A stretch of 63,801 nucleotides of DNA, filler included, from Aduncisulcus paluster (taxonomy: Eukaryota): NCBI GenBank assembly GCA_024181965.1. It is 8 parts of 8 records of this genome, joined end to end, with 100 filler letters (N's around TTAATTAATTAA, not from the genome) between each part and the next. Parts side by side here need not be neighbours in the genome. Positions count along the whole stretch, not along the records: positions 17,359 to 29,972 come from BQXS01009729.1; positions 30,073 to 37,994 come from BQXS01009730.1; 6 more parts are not named here. The stretch is one strand, 5' to 3'. A model generated the notes under the pieces. It ran no database searches. It was given only the letters and a program-made list of their open reading frames with translations, and was not told the DNA's origin. Both the position numbers and the translations under genes were made by a program. Shown one piece after another: positions 23,162 to 32,764 of this stretch (position 1 is the first letter of the stretch; each line of letters starts with the position of its first letter).

Positions 23162-25078
23162 TTAAAATGATCCAAACACATTCCTCTTCATCTCAAGAGT
23201 ACCGGATTGAACGTATTCCATGAATTTGTTTTTCTTTCGAGGAAGATTAGCATACGCTAATTTTATCATAAATTTCAAATATAAACCCCCATCTATTGAT
23301 TTCAGAGGGACATCAAAATGAATAAAATAGTCCTTAAGACGAGTCACAGGGTTGCGGCCTTTCTGTTTTCCAAGTTCCTCGACTGCAAATGTCAGCATTT
23401 CACGTACTTCTCTCACAGGATGTGAAGGAATCACATGTTTCAGAAAGATTTCACGAGTTGTGAGGCCACTCTCAAGCCAAAGTCGGACCTGAACATTTGG
23501 TTTGGCGGTCTCCCCGGGGATTCCTCTCTGAACATTCCCCCATATCTTCGTTGATTGCCTACAACACCGTAGACAACATCCCCGTTTCAAGAGAATAGCG
23601 CTGAGTGGAGCTGATCCTCTAGCCCAAGGGATGAATTTATGGGAGACATACAAGAGAAATAAGATGGGATAATCAATCTGTTCAATGCTGTGCACACAGG
23701 AGCACTGTAATAGTGCCTTTGATGGACCTGGATGAGATCTTACAGACTTATGGTATCTTACGAAATGTGCACCTTTACCACTATATTCCTCATATAAGCG
23801 CCTCCAGTCCATTCCAGAAGAACCAAGTGAGTCCTCATCGTCGGCGGGTTTCTTTGATCTCTTGACCACCACATCATCTGGTGAGTCGATCCCTCCATAC
23901 ATGGTCTCATCATCATCATACAAATATGCAACCGATTTATCTTTCAAACGGGCAGAATGTTTAATTCCTGTAGCTCTACCTTTCGCAACATCATCATTTG
24001 AGACCTCCCGACCAAGACTTCCATCAGATTTTCCATTGGATTTGGGACTCGAGGAGAAGTTCGTAGACAAGGTATTACTGAGTTTTGGTGGCTTCTTATC
24101 CACAATCTGAGAGTTTGAAAGAGGTTTTGGAGTCGATGTATATGAGGAAGATTGCATAGCCGATGAGGGATTTGTTGATGAACTTGCAATCGCTTTCCAT
24201 TCTTTTTCCAGGACAAGACCTCGAGGAACATAGCCCCCAGAACTGGAGTGCTTCTTTTGCAAAGCATGCTCATTTAATTCTTTACGAGTTGGAGGTTTTT
24301 GGAGCTTTGGGGCAGATCTTCGCTTACCTCCTGAAGTCCCCCCGATCTCTCGGATCAGTTCAGAAGCATGGGATTGGGATATTGGTTGTTCGAGGACCAT
24401 GATTTGGTGAGATTGATGTTTAGATTTGGAAGATATCATGTCAACCCCAGAATCTGATTGTGATAGATCTGGGTAAAGGTTTCCAACCAAAGGAGAATGA
24501 GATGTTGGACATAAGGAAGGAGAAAGAGGTGAGAGTCGAGAAAAGTCAGACGTCAAAGTATCAATAGTTGGGGAAGGAGGTAAATGTTTTGACCGCACTG
24601 CGAATAAAATAGGAGTGTCTTGGACTTTGCATCCAGACTTTAAATAAAGAGAAGAATTTGATGAATGAGGTTTTGTTAATGATTTCATTTGTGATGTAAA
24701 AGGATTTTTTGAACGAAAATTATTCCTCACACCAACTGAATTTGTTGAAATCGGAGGAACCTGAGAAAATTTCTCAGAAGTGATATCGCACCCATTTTGA
24801 TAAAAAAGTTTGGCCCATTCTGGATATTTATCATATTCAGGTGGTAAAGTAGGAGTGGATTCTGCTGGACAGGATTTGGAAGCACATTCAAGATGTCTGT
24901 TGGAGAGAATATCAATATCTGTTGATTTCCCCCTTTCATGTTGAATATACGATGCTCCTTTTAAATCAAAGCTTTTTGGAGCCATGAAGAAATCTGAAAG
25001 AATCGTAGAAGGAGTTGGACAACGCAATTTCGTTTCAGAAGAATCAACATCAATTTCTAATTGATCAGAATTGCTCAT
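23162..25078 (-). CDS. Hypothetical protein (Ser/Pro-rich N-terminus, Cys-containing globular C-terminus)
   Basis: 638-aa ATG-initiated ORF; no family recognised. Confidence 0.7.
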   Translation of the reverse strand: MSNSDQLEIDVDSSETKLRCPTPSTILSDFFMAPKSFDLKGASYIQHERGKSTDIDILSNRHLECASKSCPAESTPTLPPEYDKYPEWAKLFYQNGCDITSEKFSQVPPISTNSVGVRNNFRSKNPFTSQMKSLTKPHSSNSSLYLKSGCKVQDTPILFAVRSKHLPPSPTIDTLTSDFSRLSPLSPSLCPTSHSPLVGNLYPDLSQSDSGVDMISSKSKHQSHQIMVLEQPISQSHASELIREIGGTSGGKRRSAPKLQKPPTRKELNEHALQKKHSSSGGYVPRGLVLEKEWKAIASSSTNPSSAMQSSSYTSTPKPLSNSQIVDKKPPKLSNTLSTNFSSSPKSNGKSDGSLGREVSNDDVAKGRATGIKHSARLKDKSVAYLYDDDETMYGGIDSPDDVVVKRSKKPADDEDSLGSSGMDWRRLYEEYSGKGAHFVRYHKSVRSHPGPSKALLQCSCVHSIEQIDYPILFLLYVSHKFIPWARGSAPLSAILLKRGCCLRCCRQSTKIWGNVQRGIPGETAKPNVQVRLWLESGLTTREIFLKHVIPSHPVREVREMLTFAVEELGKQKGRNPVTRLKDYFIHFDVPLKSIDGGLYLKFMIKLAYANLPRKKNKFMEYVQSGTLEMKRNVFGSF

Positions 25079-25509
25079 TTTAAAAAAGAGCTAGAAAAGA
25101 TAAAAAAATCACGAATAGTGAGAATAATTTGCTAAAAAAAATTTAACTGCGGCCGTCCAACTCGAGAATTTTTTGAATAAACCTCTCTTGGTCAAAAAAT
25201 TGAAAATAAAGCTGTGCACAACGTACTAAAATAATAGTTCATTAATATATATATTTTTTATTTCATTTGTTTTTTCTATTTTTTCAATTTTTTCATCTGG
25301 ATTCAAAAATGATTCATAAATGCCGAATTTTCTTTAGTATATACGTATAGAATTAAATATTATTGTTAATATAGTTTCAACCAAAAATATTGACCATTAT
25401 AGTGATTGAATTTTGTCTTGAATCCGCTGGACATTTTTTTATTTTTATTCGTTCAAAATATGATTCATTTTGACATATACAGATACAATAAATCAACAAA
25501 AATTGACAA

Positions 25510-28500
25510 TTAAATTAGAACATCACAAAATATGTCTGTTTTCCGCTTTCTTTCTCCACTCAAAATTTCCTCCTGTTGTTTTGTAGCTTCGAAGAGTCCA
25601 TCAGTCAAGGATTGTTGCAAAGCTCCAGTATCAAATACCCCTGCGCTATATTTGAAACAATCCATTGTCTTACGTCTCATTTCATTCCTAAATGATTGTT
25701 CTCTGGCCATTTTACGGATGATATTGATGTAATCATCAGCATTAGCTGCGCATAAATTTCCAAGACCACAGCTTCTGAGGATTGAACAAGAGAGAGAATT
25801 GCTTGGTCTGGTCCCACCATCCATGGAGACAACTGGGACTCCGCAATACAATGAATCGACCACATCAGACACACAATTACATACACATGGATCAAGAGTG
25901 ACATCGAACATAATGGAACGTTTGATGTGGATGATACGAGGCGCCCTCTCAAGAACATAGATCTGACGGCATCTCTTCCAGTGCAACAATGACATCAAAG
26001 CATGTATAATGGAACTCACGGATTGGGCAGGTTGAGCAATGATAACCAAAGCAGAAGAAACGACTTCCTTCAGAACTCCAGCACAAATGGCAAGTGTTTG
26101 TTGGTCAAATCGACTCAATGACCCTGTAAAGACCATTAAAAACCTGTCCAATGGAAGGCCAAAAGCTTTTCGAAGAGCGAGTTTTCCCCTCGGCATGTGA
26201 ATAAAAGGTGATGCACATCCTTGAGAGAACTGCACAATTGGGGAGGTTGAAAAGAGAGTTGAGGAAGGGAAAGGGAGGAAATCACATGAACCACATCCAT
26301 CGCAGAGCAAGACAGAAGCTTTGGAGAAGGATTGAGTTGGTTTGTGAGTTAACTTCGAATTGGATGAAGAAGCAAGCAAATCATCTTCTTCCTCTGATCT
26401 CTCGGTTATTGAGTGAGTTCCAGAAACTCCATCACGATTTAGTTGATGTGATTCTAGTATAGGCATCTGGGGCGATGGAGTGGAATTTGGTTCCTTAATC
26501 AAGGTCTTACCGTCACAAATAGGAACCCTAATCCACCCATCGTCAGCATCTTGAGCCAAGAATGCCCGTTCGTAAGCAAGTGAGCGTTCAAAAAACTCAT
26601 ATACACAACTAGCCTCACGTTCAGCATTCGATATAATTGGAGACGTCAAATCAACCTCTCCTGAATACTCAATTTGATCCATAAATCCGACGATACCGTC
26701 TTCATCCTTCTCATTTCGAATGTGAACATCCCTATCGGGAGCAAAACCAAGGGGAGACACACGCATGGCGAGACCGTTCAAGATAGAGTAATCGCAGAAA
26801 TATGACGAATAAGGTGGAGGTAGATTGATGTGAATATCAAGAGAAGCAGACGGAGGAATAGTTTTTTCCTCACATGGTGGCAGTGAAATGAAAGGAGGAA
26901 GGGCAATGGCAGAGCTTGAAGAAGATGGGGATGAATGTACATGCAAATGGGACACACCGGCACCCCTGTTAAGCTGAGGATCTCCACGAGATAGGGAAAC
27001 AAGATCCTCTTTTAGTTTGGAGACCGAGGCTAAATAATCTGTGGGATACAAATGTGGGAGAATTGAAGTGGCATCGCAGCGTATGGAATGTTTCATACGT
27101 TTGGGCAGATAGTCTCGAATAACATTATCAATGAGAAGAGGAATAATGTTGGAAAGACGCTGATACATGGAAGATTCGTGCTCTTTTTCATCTGAAGATG
27201 ATTGACGAAGTGTTCCGCGATCAACTTTCATTGAGACTAATTCAGGCCCAAATATGGTCTTGAGTTCAATAAATACTTGGCGTAGAATAAGGTGTGTCGT
27301 CCCACTATAATTGGCAATACCAATACGATCCAAGCACTTCCGTAAGAAGGATTCATCGTCAACTCCCGCTTCTGTTTCTTCTCCCTCTTCTTCAATCGTA
27401 TCAGGTCGAATGTGGAAACTAGGGTTGAAGAAAAATCCCAGAACAAGATTGATTAGTTTCTCCCTCCATACAATCCTTGACAGACTATAGGGAGATAGAG
27501 CAAAACTTGAAGGAGCTGCTGTCATTTTAGCTGTACTGTCTGATTGGGTCTGGGTAAAATATGGATTGAATGAGAAAGATGATCTCCACTGAGTTTGATA
27601 TCCATGATTACACACCGATTGACCATGTTTCCAGATATTTTCAAAACTTCCATTGGGCCCGATCCACCACTCTTCTTTTCCACCAATCCCTTCACTTCCA
27701 CGAATAGACCAATCGAATATAGGAATAGAAGACGAAGTCTTAGTATAAAAAACAGGGGTACGCTCATCACGAGTACCCAAAGATCCCTTTTCCTTTGATT
27801 GTTTCTCATCTTTCCCCTCTTTCATAAGGAAATCTCTTTGACAACTTCCATGGAATCCAATATTACCAAGAGCAACGTGGGCTGATCCAATAGTGTGGAA
27901 ATTCAAGGGAATAGGAGAATTGTACTCACTGTCTCCTTTGAAAGAAGAATCATCCTTCCCGTGTGTTCCTGCTCGGGCTGAGCAATTTATCCATTCCCTT
28001 TCACGACAACCCACAGCACAGCATCCATGAAGTGAATGTTGTCTGAAAGGGTCAAGAACAAGGGTGATATCAGGGACAAATACGGACATAGTACAACGTG
28101 AAGGGCCATCAGTACATTCAATCGCAGGACCATCAGAAAGCTGACCGAGAACTGGAGAGGAGTGTTGACCCGTATAACTGGGGGGCAATGAAGACAAAGG
28201 AAGTGGAGAGTGATCACTTATCATAGATTCCTGGTGGGTTATTATGGGTTCTGACGATGCCAATGATGTAGTTTTAGGAGCGAAGAAAGATGAGAGGCTC
28301 GTGTATGGCATATTGGTAGATATAAAAACAGACACATCATGTAGATAGAAATAAGATATCGCTGACAAGACATAGGGTTGCAATAATAGTGGAGAAGGAG
28401 AAGAAGGAAGAACGGAGAGGATAGAAGAAGGATTATGTGTTGATTGAGGAGAAGCACGAGGAGGGATATGCCATATTCCCTTTGGAGATATTCCGTCCTG

Positions 28501-29972
28501 GACGGATAAACACAGTGAAACTCTGACAGCTCGTTTCTCTATCATCGTTCCATCCTTATCTGTTCCAACTCCAAGGGGAGCTCGATCTAGATCCTTTGAT
28601 TGCGTCCATTGGCCCCAGATATGCTTGGACATATCCATTCTACGCACGTATGAAGTAGATTTCATGCATCCACAGAGTTTAATCGCAAGGGATAGATGTC
28701 TAGAGGATGTCAAGGCGCTGAGGGAAGACAGGGATGACAAGAGAAGCAGGGAAAGAGGTCGTTTGGTTTGAGGAGGGTAATTCATTCGTGGAGGTGGCAT
28801 AACGATGGAAGACATACGGGGAATTGGAAACTTATGCTGAATAGGAGCAGATGGATGTCTTCTTAGTGGAGAAGATCCCCCTACAACTGACGAAGATAAG
28901 ACAGTTGAATCGTCATGGAAAGATGACACAAATGTGTCAGAATCAACGAAAGAGGAGAGAGATGACATCGTTGAGAGAGAAGAATATTTTGATAACTTTG
29001 AATCCATATACCCATTACCTTCTCGTTCCCTTTCCCTGGACTCCATAATCATGTCAAAATTATCTCTTGAATTATCAATAGATGAAACAACATGGGAGGC
29101 AAGAGAAGGGAGGGTTGAAGAAGCGGAATAAGGAGCATCAGGTCTGTCAAACAACCAACCACGAGGATTACGGATAAAATAAACATCATTAACATAGTTC
29201 AAGGAAGAAGAGGTTGTTGATTCTTTCACAAGAGCAGCATCCCTATCACCATATATCCATTTCACAGGTACTTTCTCAAAATGTTCTAAAAATTGTGAAT
29301 ATTGATCTGATCTTTCAAGATCCATCAGTTTCATCATCGAAGAGCTTCCTGCCTTGGCCTTTTTCTTTATCTTATTGTTTCTTGATCTGAATTTCATCAC
29401 CCATTTTCCTGATAGAGAGTCCAATTCCCATATGACTTTCTTCCCATTCCGTTGTTTCATCTCAGATAATTTCAATCTCCTTGCTTCTTCACGCAGAACT
29501 CTATCATAGACCAGACAGATCGAGACAATTTCCCATTCACTGATCTTGAATGGAGAGCACATCTCTGGTGGTAAGAGAGGAGATAAAGGAGGACCAAGAG
29601 AGGTTGATGGAGAAGAAAAAGAAACTTCTGTTTGCTCAGGAGTACTATTAAACTCATTGAATGCGACTTTACCCACCTTTTCAAGCATCTCTCTCCACCC
29701 ACCAGTGTTGACAGAGAGTAAAGTGATTGGAAGAAGGATGGAACAGTGAGAAAATAGGCATAAAACGGACGAGAAATGGAGAGTAAGAAGCAAGAGAGGG
29801 AGGAGGACATGTGAAGGAATGGAAGGATGTGGAGGATGAGATGGAAAGCCGTGTAATGGTGGAAGTGAGGAGAGGAAGATGTTTGGTGATGTGATGGAGT
29901 TCTGACAGCGCATAATTGGAATAGAGTCCGAAGGCAAAATAATTAGATCAGAAACACTATTGTTCTGCTTCC
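25510..29972 (-). CDS. Large protein with C-terminal GT41 (OGT/SPINDLY-like) domain, 5' partial
   Basis: The C-terminus RKAFGLPLDRFL..VLKEVVSSAL..HIKRSIMFDVTLDPCVCNCVSDVVDSLYCGVPVVSMDG..SILRSCGLGNL..DDYINI follows the GT41 C-terminal catalytic half. Confidence 0.65.
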
Positions 29973-30072
29973 NNNNNNNNNNNNNNNNNNNNNNNNNNNN
30001 NNNNNNNNNNNNNNNNTTAATTAATTAANNNNNNNNNNNNNNNNNNNNNNNNNNNNNNNNNNNNNNNNNNNN

Positions 30073-30507
30073 TCCCAAAGGATGTTTGTGAACAACTCTC
30101 GTCACATAGAGCTTCAATTCCTTATCTTCCTCCGGAATAATTATTCTCCCATCCTCGTTCAGTAAATAACCTTCTTCTTCAAACATTTCATCATTCCGAC
30201 TCAAATATTCACTCTGACTCTTGACAATTCTCTCTTTTAAATCCGGTATCGAAATTTGAACGGATTTAACGGACACTCTTTCCTCATTCTGTCTCGATAG
30301 GAAGTCAGCAAGAATATTTTCTTTTCCACTAATATGCTCGATCTCGAAATCATATTCCGACATTTCCATTCTCCACCGCATAAGTTTTGGTGATGCAGCC
30401 TTCAAAATGAACGTAAGATTCCGATGATCCGTTTCAATTTTGAACTTTCTTCCTAGAACGAATCTCCTTGCTTTTCTCAGACACCAAACCACCCCAAAAG
30501 CCTCCTG
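30073..30507 (-). mobile_element. Outer Ty3/Gypsy element, RNase H / integrase-linker fragment (downstream of nested insertion)
   Basis: EAFGVVWCLRKARRFVLGRKFKIETDHRNL...RWR...HISGKENILADFLSR; continues the frame interrupted at 37054. Confidence 0.9.
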
Positions 30508-30585
30508 TGTTTGACGTTAGCAATTTATTCAATAAATGTGATCGGAGTGATCAAGGTTCTATAAATAGATAGCTGAGAAGTTACA
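30508..30585 (-). repeat. 3' LTR (78 bp)
   Basis: Minus strand TGTAACTTCTC...CGTCAAACA, identical to 36976-37053; contains TATTTATA and AATAAA. Confidence 0.95.
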
Positions 30586-30596
30586 CTTCCCCCTCT
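30586..30596 (-). promoter_or_regulatory. Polypurine tract
   Basis: AGAGGGGGAAG immediately upstream of the 3' LTR on the minus strand. Confidence 0.85.
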
Positions 30597-30675
30597 AGAG
30601 CTTGATCACCGATCAACACTCGTCCTAGATCATGTCCTTAAATCCTATGACCTTGTTCCATTTTAATTACATACC

Positions 30676-30701
30676 TTATTATTATTATTATTATTATTAT
30701 T
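30676..30701 (+). repeat. (TTA)8 microsatellite
   Basis: Directly upstream of the tRNA-like RNA. Confidence 0.9.
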
Positions 30702-30705
30702 TTCT

Positions 30706-30800
30706 AATATGAGTCGGATAGCTCAATGGGTATGACTCCTGGTCATACTTCCTTAAGCTATTTCAGCGCGCGGGTTCGAATCCCGACTTTCTCATATTTT
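30706..30800 (+). ncRNA. tRNA-like Pol III (A-box/B-box) structured RNA candidate inside the retrotransposon
   Basis: A box TAGCTCAATGG (30719-30729); B box GGTTCGAATCC within T-arm CGGG-TTCGAAT-CCCG (30771-30785); terminal stem AATATGAG/CTCATATT; TTTT terminator (30797-30800). Not a canonical cloverleaf. Confidence 0.65.
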
Positions 30801-31874
30801 CTGAGAATCCTTAGTTTTTGCTATCTTCCTTCTTGCTATCACAGAATCCTTTAATTTCTTCTAGAACACTCTGTAGCCTTATAATTACTTCTTTTCTTTC
30901 CATAATCCTTTTCAAATTAAGCAATTTCTTCATTCCCTTCCCCCCTCTCCTTCTGGGGTGTTATTTCATGTAATAATATCCAGATGGATAGTAAAATTGC
31001 TTATATTTCTCTTTTCTGCATTATTTACCTTATCTAACCTTGCTATTCCTGATTTCCCTTTCTTTTCTCTTTTTTGTTGACTCGTGTCTGAAAATTCTTG
31101 TCTTCCTGTCCATATTAATGCTTTTTTATATGATTATCATATGTTTTTCCTATTAATTCCTTTCTTTTTTATCATAACATTCTTCATTTCTCATTTTTCT
31201 TTTCCCCGACTATTTTCCGGATTATTCCATGATTTTTCTTTCAATTCACCCGTTTTATATCTATCTTATGTCTTACCATCCTTTTCCTGCCTTGCTAATG
31301 GGGTTAGTTTCGTTTGTTTATAAATCTTTTTATATCTCATTTTATATAACATAATTATTACAAATTGTTTTAAAATCTTTTCCAAGCTTCCTTTTTTAAC
31401 TTAAAACTTCCTTAATTAAGCTTATTTTTCTTTTCCTTTATAGTAAAACTAACTTCTGGAGTAGACCTCGAAAACGGCATTAGATTTGCTCTACGACGAA
31501 GTCGGTTTTTTCGATCGTTTTCCTTAACGCAAATTAATTGCCGAATTCACTTTTATACCTTTTAAGGGTGCTGAACCTTGAATCTTTTCTTATTTTCCTT
31601 AAATTCATAGGTAATTTTTCCTTTTTACCTCGATAAAAACACATTTATGATTTTTTCCTTAAAAACTTTATAAATTTTGTTAAAACCTTTATTCAAGCTA
31701 GAATATTCTTTCTAGGAGCTATATCCTTTCCTCCCATCTTATTTCCAACTTGCTTTTTCCAGCTTTTCCTTCTAAAAACCCTGTTATTCAATAAATACCT
31801 TTCTTAAGCTTCCTATTGCTCGGATATTGTCAATTTTTCCTTTATATATCCGCTACCGATTTAAATTATCTCTT

Positions 31875-32750
31875 TTAGTGGGATACTTCATTGAATCTTC
31901 TCACCAACCTTGATATTTGTCTGGCCTTTATCCAGTTTTCCTTTTAAGGCCTTATTTCCTTCCAAATATTTATCCAGAGCCTCACAATCTTCCACTGTGG
32001 GAAAATATTCCCATGTATTGTGTTCTTCTGTGTAGTTTTTCCATTTCACGAGGAATTTTATAGGTAATTTGCCCCCATGACGGTGTCTTAAGATTTTTTC
32101 AACTATGTATTCTTCCTCGTCTTTCCCATTGATGCTTATTTCCTCTTTTTCTGAAACAAATGGGTCCTCGACGTATTTAACCATTCGCCTTACTGGTATA
32201 ATGTCTTCTTCACCTCCTTTTACCGGAACAACTTTGTATTTGTTATCAGTGATTTTTTCTTTCACAATAAATGGTCCATTCAGCGGTGCTTTCTCCTTTT
32301 TACCTTGTTTCGGTTTGGATAATAGGATTTTTTCCCCTATTTCAAATTTTTCCGGTCTTTATCCAGTTTTCCTTTTAAGGCCTTATTTCCTTCCAAATAT
32401 TTATCCAGAGCCTCACAATCTTCCACTGTGGGAAAATATTCCCATGTATTGTGTTCTTCTGTGTAGTTTTTCCATTTCACGAGGAATTTTATAGGTAATT
32501 TGCCCCCATGACGGTGTCTTAAGATTTTTTCAACTATGTATTCTTCCTCGTCTTTCCCATTGATGCTTATTTCCTCTTTTTCTGAAACAAATGGGTCCTC
32601 GACGTATTTAACCATTCGCCTTACTGGTATAATGTCTTCTTCACCTCCTTTTACCGGAACAACTTTGTATTTGTTATCAGTGATTTTTTCTTTCACAATA
32701 AATGGTCCATTCAGCGGTGCTTTCTCCTTTTTACCTTGTTTCGGTTTGGA
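31875..32750 (-). repeat. Two extra tandem copies of the integrase C-terminus/chromodomain
   Basis: ~31875-32355 and ~32356-32750 repeat the 3' end of pol (~32751-33232) essentially exactly. Confidence 0.85.
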
Positions 32751-32764
32751 TTTAGTGGGATACT

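Noticed and set aside
30711-30795. Canonical tRNA-Arg(CCT) gene
   Set aside because: A CT-CCT-GG loop can be drawn, but the D-stem 3' strand is missing, the acceptor stem is not a proper 7 bp and the spacing is wrong. Kept only as tRNA-like.
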